Of a DNA stretch of 64,000 nt, positions 52,247 through 64,000 are shown one piece after another. The notes beneath the pieces are model-generated. The model was not told where the DNA came from. It ran no database searches and saw nothing but the letters and a program-made list of their open reading frames with translations. Source of the stretch: Camelus dromedarius (lineage: Eukaryota); the NCBI RefSeq assembly GCF_036321535.1, contig NC_087436.1, positions 39,372,001 to 39,436,000 on the forward strand, read 5' to 3'. How positions within the stretch are numbered: the first letter of the stretch is position 1; the number at the start of each line of letters is the position of its first letter. The position numbers and the translations under genes are program-made.

Positions 52247-52474
52247 AACAACTCTGGCTAAATCTAGCAAATAGGAGAATTTGTTGGAAAGAGAAATCAC
52301 AAATTTGATGGCACATTTGTAAAATAGCTTCAGGAATAGACAGGAGCTAAGGAACAACACTAGAGTAGGTCCAAGGTACAGGAATTCCTAGAATCTCTTG
52401 TCAGTGTGCAACCACTGAAATTAGTCAGTTCCAACTACTTTTTCTTTCTTGATTTCAGTATGCTTAAGATTCAA

Positions 52475-55255
52475 AAAGAGAGAAGGCTGAATTAAATAAA
52501 ATCAGAAATGAAAGGGGAGATATTACAACTGATATCACAGAAATAAAAATACTATGATAATTATATGTCAGCAAACTGGATAACCTAGAAGAAATGGATA
52601 AACTCCTAGAAACATGCAACCTACCAAGACTAAAACATGGTGAAACAGAAAATATAAACAGACTGATTAACTACTTAGGAGATTGAATTAGTAATCAAAA
52701 ACTTCCCAATAAACAAATGTCAAAAAATTCACTGGTGAATTCTACCAAACATTCAAAGAATTAATATCAATCCTTCTCAAACTCATTTCATGAGGCCAGC
52801 ATTACCTCAATATCAACATCAGACAGGATGACACAAGAAAAGAAAACTACAGGTCAATGTTATTGATGAACATAGATGCAAAAATCCTCAGAAAATATTA
52901 GCAAACTGAAAAATTCAACAATACATTTAAAGACTCATACATCGTGATCAAATAGGATTTTTTCCAGAGGTGCAAATATCATTCAACATCTGCAATGCAG
53001 TCAATGTGATATATACCACATTAACAAAATGAAGGGTAAAATCATATGATCATCTCAATAGATGCAGAAAAAGCATTTGACAAAATTCAATATCCATGTA
53101 TAACAAAAACTCTTAACAAAGTAGGTATAGAGGGAACACACTCAAGATAATAAAGACCATACATGACAAGCTCACAGTTAACATCATACTCAATGGTGAA
53201 AAGCTAAAAGTCTTTCCTCTAAGATCAGAAACAAGACAAGGATGCCCACTGTCACCATTTTTTTCCAACATACTATTGGAAGCCCTATCCAGAGCAATTA
53301 GGTGAGGAAAAGAAATAAAAGGCATCCAAATTGGAAGGGAAGAAGTGAAACTGTCACTATTTACAGAAAACATAATATTATACATTAAAAAAAAAAAACC
53401 CTAAACACTCCATCAAAAAACTGTTAGCGCTAATAAACAAGTTCAGTAAAGTTGCAGGATAAAAAATCAATACACAAAAATTTGGTGTGTTTCTGTACAC
53501 TAATAAGAAACTAACAAAAAGAGAAATAAAGAAAATCCCATTTACAATTATATCAAAAAGAATAAAATTCCTAGGAATAAATTTAACCAAAAAGGTGAAA
53601 GACCTAGATATTGAAAATTTTAAGACATTAATGAAAGAAATTGAAGAAGACACAAATAAATGGAAAGATAGTCCATGTTCATGGATTGGAAGAATCAATA
53701 TTATTAAAATGTCTATACTACCCAAAGCAATCTGTAGATTCAATCTAATCCTTATCAAAATTCCAGTGACATTTTTCAGAGAAACAGAAGAAACAATCCT
53801 AAAATTTGTATGGAATCACAGAAAAACCTGAATAGCCAAAGCAATCTTGAAAAAGAAGAACAAAACAAGGGGCATCATGCACACTGATTTCAAACTATAT
53901 TACGAAGCTACAGTAATCAAAATAGTATAGTACTAAGTGGGGAGAAAACCAGACACATAAATCAATGGGACAAAATAGAGATCTCAGAGATAGACCAACA
54001 CATATATGGACCATTGACTTATGACAAAGGAGCAAGGATATACAATGGGGAAAGCACAGTGTCTTCCGTAAGTGTTGTTGGGAAAACTGGACAATCATAT
54101 GCAAAAGAATGAAACTTGACCATTATCTCATACCATCATAAAAATTAACTCAAAATGGGTTGACGACATGAACATAAGACCTGAAACCATAAAACTCCTA
54201 GAATAAAACATACTTGATAAACCCCTTGACATAGATCTTGGCAATAATTTTTTTAAAAAAAAATCTGGCATCAAAAGCAAAAGCAACGAAAGCAAAAATA
54301 AATAAGTGGAACTACATCACACTAAAAAGCTTCTACACAGCAAAGGAAACGATTAACAAAATGAAAAGGCAACCTACTGACAGGGAGAAAATAATTGCAA
54401 ATCATCTACCTAATAAGAAGCTAATATCTAGAAAATATAAAGAACTCATACAACTCAACAGCAAAAAAAAAAAAAAAAAAAAAATCTGATTAAAAAATAG
54501 GCAGAAGAGCTAAATTGACATTTTCCCAAAGAAGACATATAGATGGCCAATAGGTACATGAAAAGATGCTCCACATAGTTAATTATCAGGGAAATGCAAA
54601 TCAAAACCACAATGAGATATCTCCTCACACCTGTTGGAATGGGTGTTATCAAAAGGCAAGCTATAACAAGTGTTACAAGGATGTGGAAAAAGGGGAACCC
54701 TCATGCACTGTTGGTAGCAATGTAAATTGATGTAGCCATTTTGGAAAACAGTTTGGAGTTTCCTCAAAAAACTAAAAATAGAACTAACATACAATATAGC
54801 AATTCCACTTCTGGGTATTTAGCTGAAGAAAATGAAAACACTAATTCAAAAAGATAAACAACTCTACCTTCATTGCAGCATTATTTACAATAGTTAACAT
54901 GTGGGAACAACCCAACCATCCATTGATAGATGAATAGATAAAGAAGATGTTTATATATATATATATATATATATATACATACACACACACATACATATAA
55001 ATATTATTCTGCCACAGAAAAATGAAAAAAAGAAATCTTGCCATTTGCAACAACATGGATGGACCATTAGGGTATTATCCTAAGTGAAATAAGTCAAACA
55101 GAGAGAGAGAAACATTGGTATGATCTCTCTTATATGTGGAATCTAAAAAACAAAGAAACAAAACAGCTCATAGATGCAGAGAACAGATTGATGGTTGCCA
55201 GAGGTGAGGGATAGGGACGGGAGAAATGGGTGAAGGGGGTCAAAAGGTAAAAAGA
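52475..55255 (+). mobile_element. ~2.8-kb L1 (ORF2 RT/C-terminal region + 3'UTR), frameshifted
   Basis: Track ORFs 53487..53831 ([24 protein letters not shown]) and 54238..54489 are L1 ORF2 pieces. Confidence 0.92.
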
Positions 55256-55801
55256 AATTGAAAAGAATTATTTGAGAAATAGCCAATAAAGTCTTCTTAT
55301 TCTATTCATAAAATTTCTTTATTTTTATCAAAAGGAACATTATTAATTTAGACTTCCTATAGGTATTTAGATGTAGAAGAACATGATTTATAGACTAATT
55401 CTTTAAAACATACTTTTATAACTTTGAAGTACACACAATAGCTAGAATCCATCTAGGAGAGGATCACAGAAGACCCATTGCTTCATTAATGGATTAAGCT
55501 GCTTTGTGATGACAATTTAAAATTTTCATTTTTTCAACAAATGATTATTGAATTTTTTCCTATGGCCAGTTTCAGAGGTAACTGCCAACATATAATTGTT
55601 TTATAGAGGTGGTTGAAAAGATAAATATTATAAAATGCTTTTTGGAGGCAGGTTTATATGCTTAATTTCTAAAGTATATTTTTTTTTAAAAAAGGTAATA
55701 TCAATATAAATTTAATTTCACTCTATGAATTATGATGGTTATGCAGTCTGAATTAGTAAAACCTCAGGTTCTCAAAAGTGTTACCGAGGTTATTCTTGGT
55801 A

Positions 55802-56578
55802 CAGGAATACCTTGTTTTATATATTACACTTTGCTTTGTTGTGCTTCAAATATAACTGTGGCAAACCTGTGTCAAGCAAGTCTATTGGCAACAGCATTTG
55901 CTAACTTTGTTTCTCTGTGTCTCATTTTGGTAAATCTCGTAATATTTCAAACTTTTTCATTATTATTATACTTGTTATAGCGATCTATGATCAGTGATCT
56001 TTGATATTACTACGGTAATTGTTTGGAGCAGGGGGCACCATAAACCACACTCATAAAGATGGCAAACTTAATAAATGTGTATTCTGACTGTTCCACCGAC
56101 TGTCCATTCCTTTGTCTCTCTTCCTCTCTACTGGCGTCCTTATTCCCTGAGACACAACAGCATTGAAACTAGGCCAATTAATAACCCTACAATCGCCTCT
56201 AAGTGTTCAAATGAAAGGAAGAGTCCACACTGCTCACTTTAAATAAAAAGCTAGAAGTGATTAAGCTTAGTTAGGAAGGCACGTAGAAAGCCAAGACAGG
56301 CCAAGAGCTAGGCCCCTTGCGCTATATGGTTAGCCACATTGTGAACACAAGGGAGGCTTTCTTGAAGGACTACTCCTGTGAACACACAAATGATAAGAAA
56401 GCTGATACGGAGAAAGTTTTAGTGGTCTGAATAGAAGATCAAACCAGCCACAACATTCCATTAAGCTACAGCCTAATCCAGAGCAAGACCCTAACTAGGC
56501 TGAGAGAGGTCAGGAAGCTGCAGAAGAAAAGGTTTGATGCAAGCAGAGGTTGGTTCACGATGTTTAAGGAAAGAGGCA
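55802..56578 (+). mobile_element. Tigger1 5' fragment with internal deletions
   Basis: TA|CAGGAATACCTTGTTTTAT terminus; CAAGCAAGTCTAT; GAAAGCCAAGACAGGCCAAGAGCTAGGCC; GCAGAGGTTGGTTCA. Confidence 0.85.
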
Positions 56579-56598
56579 GGCTGGCTGACTCTGGCTGG

Positions 56599-57357
56599 TT
56601 ATCAACAAGGGGCAAAAAACACCACCCTGTTGAAAACAGGACATTTTCTCTTATCCCGCAGCTGGCTCCTCGGTTCCAAGGACACAGCCACACAACAGGA
56701 TGTTTTATGTTCCACGACTGCCGCATCAATCCCAAGGACGTACCCCTCTATCTCTTTCTTTGTTCTCTTTTTCCTGCGAAAGTTTCTATTTTAGGGCTGA
56801 GCTCCACGGGAGGAAAGAGCCAATAACAGAAGATGACTGGTATGAAGGGAAAATACTGCAAACCTTTATCAGTAAACAAAGAATGCTGAAGCCATCAAGT
56901 CATCAGTGGCTGCCCCCCCCCCCCCCCCCCCCGCAAATGAAGACAAGCCTGCAGCCTGGCCTCCAGCCACCCATAATGGTGCAACCTGAGGGGACTCAGA
57001 ATAAGAAAGGACAGGATACTGGTCCTAGATAGCTAGATGCTTGTCAAAGGAATGAATTCAATAAGCCCATACGCCCATACGTTTTCTCCCTCCCATACAC
57101 AGAAAAACGCTAAATTCTTTAATTTGGCATGTCTGGTTTTCTTCAGTTAATTAAAAATAATCTTTTAATGTTCCAACTATCTGGTCTTTGTTGTAAAACT
57201 CCTATATATCCTGGCTCCTCCCCTACCTCTTTGGAGCAGTCCCTCAGAGTGATCTGGGAGGCTGTTATCCAGGGCTCAAAGAGGTTTGGGCCCTCAGAAA
57301 TGCCTGCCAAATAAAACACAACTCAACTTTTTGGCTGTGCGTTTATTTCAGTCAACA
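56599..57357 (+). mobile_element. Solo ERV1-class LTR (MER41-like)
   Basis: TATA-like CTATATAT near 57201, AATAAA near 57310, end …TTTCAGTCAACA; possible 4-nt TSD CTGG. The 5' boundary is uncertain. Confidence 0.65.
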
Positions 57358-57837
57358 CTGGCACCACTGGAATGAAGACAACGATAGCAGAGCCTTCAAT
57401 AAAAAAGACTCCACACCCCTATTGAAGATAACCTCATTGTGTAGCCTGAATGTTGTCAGTGATCCTGCTGCTGCTCATCCTTTGGATGTTACTGATTACA
57501 CTCCAAAATCGTGTGACACTTTAACTCAAGCAGCTCCACTTAAAAATAATTACTAAAATTATAAATTAAAATACACAATTGTTTCATGAGAAGAGGAAAT
57601 GTTTTCAGACACTATGGTATCTATAAAATAGATTTTATCTAAACTGGCAATTGCATTTAAATATAAAAGGCATGAATCCTGCTATAAAAAGTAACATCAA
57701 AAGTACAATCTTGATTTCTTCTCATAAATTTTGGGATCTTGAATGCAAACAATGGTCATATGTTGCAGGAAATAGATCTTAGAAGTTAAGGTAAATTTGC
57801 TTTTCCAACTTCCTGACTGATTGCTGGACTGGAACAC

Positions 57838-57842
<5 letters not shown>

Positions 57843-57898
<56 letters not shown>
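57843..57898. repeat. Compound (CT)n(CA)n microsatellite
   Basis: Directly visible. Confidence 0.95.
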
Positions 57899-58787
57899 AG
57901 TAAAAACATTTTGGATACATTTAACTTAAAAATTTTAGAAAATGTGATAGGAAATTGTTAGTGGGTTAGCAATATACATTTCATGTCTTCAGAGATTCAA
58001 AGTGGGAAGACCCAATAGGCAGCTCTGTTCATTAAGAAAATAGTGGGATGTGACTCGATGAGGTAAAAAGCTTTGATTTACCGCACTTAAGTTCCATTTA
58101 GGGATACTTGTACAGCTGTAAAGTGCCTTTTGTGGATGTAGTTAGTCTATTTGATTTGTTACCATTTCTCTATAGGAATAAAGATAACATAAAGGGAGTC
58201 TCTGAAGAGGTATTAGAGACTTCAGTACTAGCCAACCATCTTTCTAATTATCCTTTTTCTCTTCTCTGTATTTAGACCACTTAATTCATTTAGAGTCCCC
58301 ACTGAAACTCCCGCACACCCTCTACTGTGAGCCATCTGTGGAAAGACTTCCTCTATACAACCCATTTTGCATGATATAATGAAAGGGCTGAGCAGAAGGG
58401 ATTTGTTAGGCATAATTTACATCTACTGCATAGTCAAACCTTAATTATTTAGTGGCTGATTGTCCATTTAGGGGATTATAAAAAGCATTTTGTTTCTACT
58501 CTGTCTCGCTGTTGCTAACCGTTTAGCCATTTCACTAATTATTGGCATGTCTCTTAAGAGTGATCTGGGGATACAGTAAAGCTGAGAATCACATTGTGAT
58601 CCATCATTTTGCTACTTCTTAGAAGATCTAATAAAATCTTTAATGACTCAGGGGATTGAAGCTTGTGTGTAAATCAGTGGACTTTGATGTTTTCATTATC
58701 CGTGTTATTCTCTGTCTCCTGAGAACAATTAAAAGTTTTCTTTCTATATGTTGAAAACCTTAAGAATAAGAACAGGTATCTTAGTGG

Positions 58788-59118
58788 GTATCTTAGTTTA
58801 TTCAGGCTGCTGTAACAAAATACCACAGACTGGGTGGCTTATGAAGGCTGGAAGCCTGGAAATTCTGGAAGCTGGAAGTCCAAGATCAGGGTGCCAGCTC
58901 TCTCTGGATTGGAGACATCTCTCATTGTATCCTCCTGTGGCAGAAGGGGCTAAGGAGCTCAGAAAGATCTCTTACAAAGGCACTAATTCCACTCATGACA
59001 GCTCCACCCTAATGACCTCATCAACTCCAAAATGCCCCTCCTACTAATACCATCACCTTTGTGGGATAGGATTTCAACATATGAGTTTTGTGGGAATGCA
59101 AACTTTCAGACCATAGCA
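58788..59118 (-). mobile_element. MaLR LTR (MLT1A-like)
   Basis: TCTTAGTTTATTCAGGCTGCTGTAACAAAATACCACAGACTGGGTGGCTTA…TCAGACCATAGCA. Confidence 0.8.
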
Positions 59119-59449
59119 ACATAGTTATGCACATTTAAAATTTTAATGAGTATTGCTATATTGTCCTATAAGAAAGCTTTACCAATTTACACTTCCCATA
59201 AATGGTGTATGAGAGTGATTTTCCTCTCTAAACTTTTCCAAACAACACTATATTTTTTCCCAAGAAGACAGGTGAAATGATCTTTAACTGTTGAATCTTT
59301 CAGGTAATATATTTTTCAGAATACTTACATAAATGCACAAAGACATTTCCATTTAAAGGGATAAAATATATAGTAGAGAAGTTTGGGCAGGGGGAATGTT
59401 AGAGGGAGAGGAATATTAAATAAGGTAAATTTATTTTATTTTGTTTTTT

Positions 59450-59545
59450 AAACTATGGAATGCATCACAAATTTACATGTCATCCCTGTGCAGGGGCTTA
59501 TGCTAATCTTTTCTGTATTATTTCAATTTTAGTATATGTGCTGCC
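59450..59545 (-). pseudogene. U6 snRNA retropseudogene, ~11 nt 5'-truncated, with A-rich tail
   Basis: Minus strand reads GGCAGCACATATACTAAAATTG…GATTAGCAT…CCCCTGC…GGATGACA…TTCCATA. The ACAGAGA box is mutated to ACAGAAA and CpGs have decayed. Tail at 59430-59449. Confidence 0.92.
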
Positions 59546-60509
59546 ATTTCAGTGATAGAAAATGTTTCCTTAGAGATGCATTTTACGTTAAAATTTTCTT
59601 TCAGAAGTTGAAAAATCAAGTGAAGAACTATAATTTCACATTGTTACAAATATTTAATATGAATATATAAGCTTACATTAAGTTATACTGTCATTTTAAT
59701 ATAAAATGCCACTAGTAGTTAATTCAGTAAAAACCATCCAGTTATATAACAGGATTATAAACTAACTGGAAAATTAGATAAAGGCTACTTGCTATTTTGT
59801 AAAATGAGTGAAAGGAATATTTCACAAGCTCACCGATATTCATACTAACAGTAGCATTTTCTTTCACCATCTAGATGCTTTTTCTCTGAATCATTTCCTT
59901 ATTATAATTGTTTATAACAGACGACATTTGGAAATGGTCAAAATATTCAGCAAGAGGGCAATGTAACTGAATACCATGGAGCCATTAAAATGGAGGTTTC
60001 AAAGAAATTTTAATGGCAAGGAAAAGACTCTATGATATAATGAACATAAAAGTCAGAACAAACTGGAAGTACAAGGTGACTTCAACTTAGTATGCCCATG
60101 CACGACTGGAAAGAGAGAAGCTAGAGAGCATGAAGGAGAGAGAGGTAGAAAGGAAGGAAAGAAGGAAGGCAGGCATCTATAAAGCCTAGAAAAAAGACTG
60201 GAAGGAAATCAAGTCGACAGAATGTTAACAAAATTATCTGTGAGCGATGGCATAGAATAATTTTAATTATCTAAATTTTTCTTTATTTTTTGATATTTTC
60301 TATAATGTTAGTAATTTTTATTAGCAAAATTCCCTCCCTATTTTCTGTGTATTTTTTACACCTATATTTATGCACACTCATCAGCATATACTACAGCACT
60401 TTGATCATGTCATCTCTTCCACAAAACTAGGATTTCCTTGAGGAAGAAAAGCTTTTTTATTTATCTTTATACTCCCAGCACATAGTGCTTGACAAATGTT
60501 TCTTAAATT

Positions 60510-61070
60510 TTAACCCTTCAGAAACAGTGAAAAAAACTCACAATGCAATGAACACCTGTCAGAGTACTCATCCCCTGGTTCAAGTGTTAACATTTGCCAC
60601 ATTTCTTTTATCTATCTATCTGTCTATCTATCTTTCTATATCATTGCTGAAGTCATGACATGTCACCCTCACAGAACACAAACACTCTTCTACACAAACA
60701 CAATACCATTATCACAATGAAGAAATATAATACTATATAATAACATTCTATTCAAATTTCCCTAATTGCCTAAATAATATTTACAGCTTTTTTTTGTTTA
60801 ATCCAGGACCCAAACAAGGATCAGGCATTGCATTTAGGTGATAGATTTCTCTAGCCTCTTTTACTCTAGGAATGTTCTGGGTTTTTTTCTTTGACTTTCA
60901 TGACCAATATTTTTTAAGCATCCAGGATTGGTCCACAATTTCAATTATTCTGTTTCCTCAAGATTAGAGGCAGTCAAAATATTTTCAACAGAAATATTTA
61001 AAAAGAGGATACGTCTTTCTCAAATACATCACATAAGAAGGCACATAATATCAATTTGTCCCATTATATT
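60510..61070 (-). mobile_element. L1MC4-like 3'UTR fragment
   Basis: TGTTAACATTTGCCACATT…AATCCAGGACCCAAACAAGG…CATTGCATTT. Confidence 0.55.
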
Positions 61071-61937
61071 TGTTATTTTCTAATGTATGTTTTTACAGTT
61101 TTGTAACTCCTTCCAACTGCCGTCATGGCTGTATCTCACAAATTTGGATAAGCAAACTCATTTCATTCAGTTCTAAATATCAACTTCCATTGTCACTTCT
61201 TTAACCTGTAAATTACAGAGATACGTGATTTGACATTCCAAACAAATTTTCCGGTTTTTAAAATTATTTTTTAGACTTCATATTTTGAAATAATTGGAAT
61301 TACTGGAAATTTATCTAACAGTTTCAGAAACAAGGCTCCATACACCCATAGTTTTGAGCCCTTCCTTGCTGTCTGGCACATCCAAGTATTTAAAGCTTGT
61401 ACTTTCCCCTAATCTTAACCTGAAAATACACAGTATGCCAAGGATCTTGGCCCCTTTTATAATGGGATTTAAAAAACAAGATCTGGGCACTATGTGTTTT
61501 CTTCTTTGTGGTTTTAAATGAGTATAATGAGGCAGCCTAAGAGGGAGATGAGTGCCTGAATTTCTAAGTGAAAGCACAGGGTTCTGATTTGGACCAGCTC
61601 CGTTACTAGATGTTTAACCCAGGGGCATTTTCCTCTCTGAGACTTGGTTTCCTTATCTTTAAAATAATAGCAACAACAAAAACAATAACCATAACAAAGA
61701 AGTGAAGGATAATGGTATATGATTATTGTAATCTCATAGGTACTGCTCTAAATTCTTATATAGATACATTTAATTTTCACAATTGTTATTATATCCATTT
61801 TAAAGATGAAATAATGAGGATCATAATAAAATATTCACATCAAGAGGTTATGAGGATCAAATAAAATGAAATATGTGAAAGTCCTAGGTAAAAAGCACTA
61901 TATATGTATATGATAGATATGTATGTGTATATTTATA

Positions 61938-62148
61938 CAGTTGACCCTTGAAAGAAATGGATTTGAACTTAATCCACTTACATGTGGATTTTTTTTTTTC
62001 AGTAGTAAATACTACAGTACTACACGATCTGAGGTTGCTTGAATCTGGGTATGAGAAACTTCGGATTCAGAGAATAGCATATTTGGACGGCTAACAATAA
62101 ATTATACAGATTTTGGACTTAACTGCTATGTTGTTCAAGGGTCAACTG
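61938..62148. mobile_element. Tigger2-derived MITE, 211 bp
   Basis: Perfect 15-bp TIRs CAGTTGACCCTTGAA / TTCAAGGGTCAACTG with a TA duplication on both sides. Confidence 0.9.
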
Positions 62149-62322
62149 TATATGATTACATGTAATCAATTATTTATTGATTCAATCAGTGAACATCTAT
62201 CTATTCAGTATCTACTAAGTACCATATGCTACATTTATGCTAAGTATAAAATAAAACAATATATGTGTTGTTTATTTACATACATATTCATATGTTTTTA
62301 CCCCACAGAAAATTTCTTTTAA

Positions 62323-62685
62323 AGTGCTGCACAATAGAAATACAATGTAAGTCACATCTGTTATTTTAAATTTCCTAGTAGCCATAGTAAAAAGGCTTTA
62401 TTAAAGGTGAAATTAGTTTTCATTATGTATTTTATTTTATGCAATGTGTCAAAAATATTATCATTCTTACATGTAAATGGGGAACAATTATTAATGATAT
62501 ATTTTACACTTTTTTATATTAAGTCACAAAATCCATTGTGTATTTTATTCCTTCTTTTTTTTTAACATTTTTTATTGATTTATAATCATTTTACAATGTT
62601 GTGTCAAATTCCAATGCATTGTGTATTTTATGCTTAGCATATCTCAATCACAACAAGCCACATCTCATCCGTTGAACATCTCAGG
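62323..62685. mobile_element. MER33 hAT MITE containing a nested micro-L1
   Basis: CAATAGAAATACAATG…TTTTAAATTTCCTAGTAGCCA…AGGTGAAATTA. Confidence 0.8.
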
Positions 62686-62879
62686 TCTAAAGTAATATAC
62701 AGAAAACTGGTTGGGAGATGAGAGAGAGAGAGAGATTTACCTTTTACTATATATCCTTTTGTACTTTTGATTTTTACATTCTGTGTACCTGTTGCCTATG
62801 CAAAGAGATTTGAAAAAGTAAATTAATAAAGTAAAAACGTCATGTTTTTATCTATGCATGTGCGTGAATTCTTCCACGT

Positions 62880-63098
62880 CAATGATTTTCAAGTGGGGGT
62901 GATTCCTCCCCCAATCCAGGGGACATTTGGCAATGCTGGGGATACTTTGGGTAGGTGGGTGAGGACCACTGGCATCTAGTGAGTAGATGTCAAGAATGCT
63001 GTTATTTATCCTACAATGTATAGCCCAGCTCCCCCCAATCCACTAATTAAGAATTATATGACCCAAAATGTCAATAGTGCTGAAGTTGAGAAACTTTG
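62880..63098. mobile_element. MER20 hAT MITE
   Basis: CCAGGGGACATTTGGCAATG…CCCAAAATGTCAATAGTGCTGAAGTTGAGAAAC. Confidence 0.85.
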
Positions 63099-63319
63099 TT
63101 CTTGTGTATGTTTTAAAATGTAAAAATTTGTCTCTACTTCTTAGTAGGTATTCTCATGGTCCTGGGTGTACAAAGAGGGATCGCACCCAGCACCTGCATC
63201 CTGATAGCTTACAGTCTAGTGAGGAAGAGAGATGTAAGTAAGTACTTGCAGGAATGTGCTAAGTTCTAGAGCAGAGTAGAAACAAAGCATTAAGCAAGAA
63301 CTAAAATAACTGTAAACAT

Positions 63320-63902
63320 ACACCTGCACTGCAGTGTTCATAGCAGCACTATTTACAATAGCCAAGACATGGAAACAGCCTAAATGCCCATCAACAGATG
63401 ACTGGATAAAGAAGATGTGGTGTATTTATACAATGGAATACTATTCAGCCATAAAAACTGACAACATAACACTATTTGCAGCAACATGGATGTTCCTTGA
63501 GAATGTCATTCTAAGTGAAGTAAGCCAGAAAAAGAAAGAAAAATACCATATGAGGTCGCTCATATGTGGAATCTAAAAAAAAAGGAACATAAATACAAAA
63601 TAGAAATAGACTCATAGACATAGAATACAAACTTGTTGTTGCCAAGGGGGAGGGGGGTGAGAAGGGATAGACTGGGAGTTCAAAATTTGTAGATACTGAC
63701 AGGCCTATGTAGAATAGATAAACAAGATTATACTGTATAGCACAAGGAAATATATACAAGATCTCGTGGTAGCTCACAGAGAAAAAAAATGTGACAATGA
63801 ATATATGTATGATCATGTATAACTGAAAAATTGTGCTCTACACTGGAATTTGACACAACATTGTAAAATTACTATAACTCATTAAAAAATGTTAAAAAAA
63901 AA
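63320..63902 (+). mobile_element. Young 5'-truncated L1
   Basis: [29 protein letters not shown]; 12-nt TSD AACTGTAAACAT at 63308 and 63903. Confidence 0.92.
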
Positions 63903-64000
63903 AACTGTAAACATGCTCATTAACTAGAAAGCCACTTGTTTGAAACGTCAATTTGAATTGAATAGTTGGAATTGAAACATCAACTTCAGAAGTTATTTTT

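Overview
Mammalian genomic DNA, very likely a camelid: it carries three tRNA-Ala-derived vic-1-like SINEs and young L1 3' ends. It contains the complete METTL14 gene (m6A writer subunit) on the minus strand. I could trace all 11 coding exons (27130 down to 3305), which give a 1365-nt CDS and a 454-aa protein with the pseudo-catalytic EPPL motif and an RGG tail. A CpG-island promoter lies at about 26.85-27.6 kb. The remaining ~36 kb upstream is repeat-rich intergenic DNA (L1, L2, MIR, MaLR/ERV LTRs, Tigger/Charlie/MER DNA transposons, a U6 retrocopy) with no recognisable gene. The most notable unexplained structure is a diverged, gap-free duplicate of part of the last coding exon, 760 nt downstream of the original. 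It sits just past the proximal poly(A) signal, has an in-frame acceptor and its own poly(A) signal, and is a candidate alternative last exon that would replace the RGG tail. Other oddities are a ~180-bp triplication in intron 1 with an invariant let-7-seed-matching core, a GC-AG intron 3 with a competing exonic GTAAGT, and a 2-aa deletion in exon 3 relative to the recalled human protein. Repeat family names and human comparisons come from memory, not database searches.
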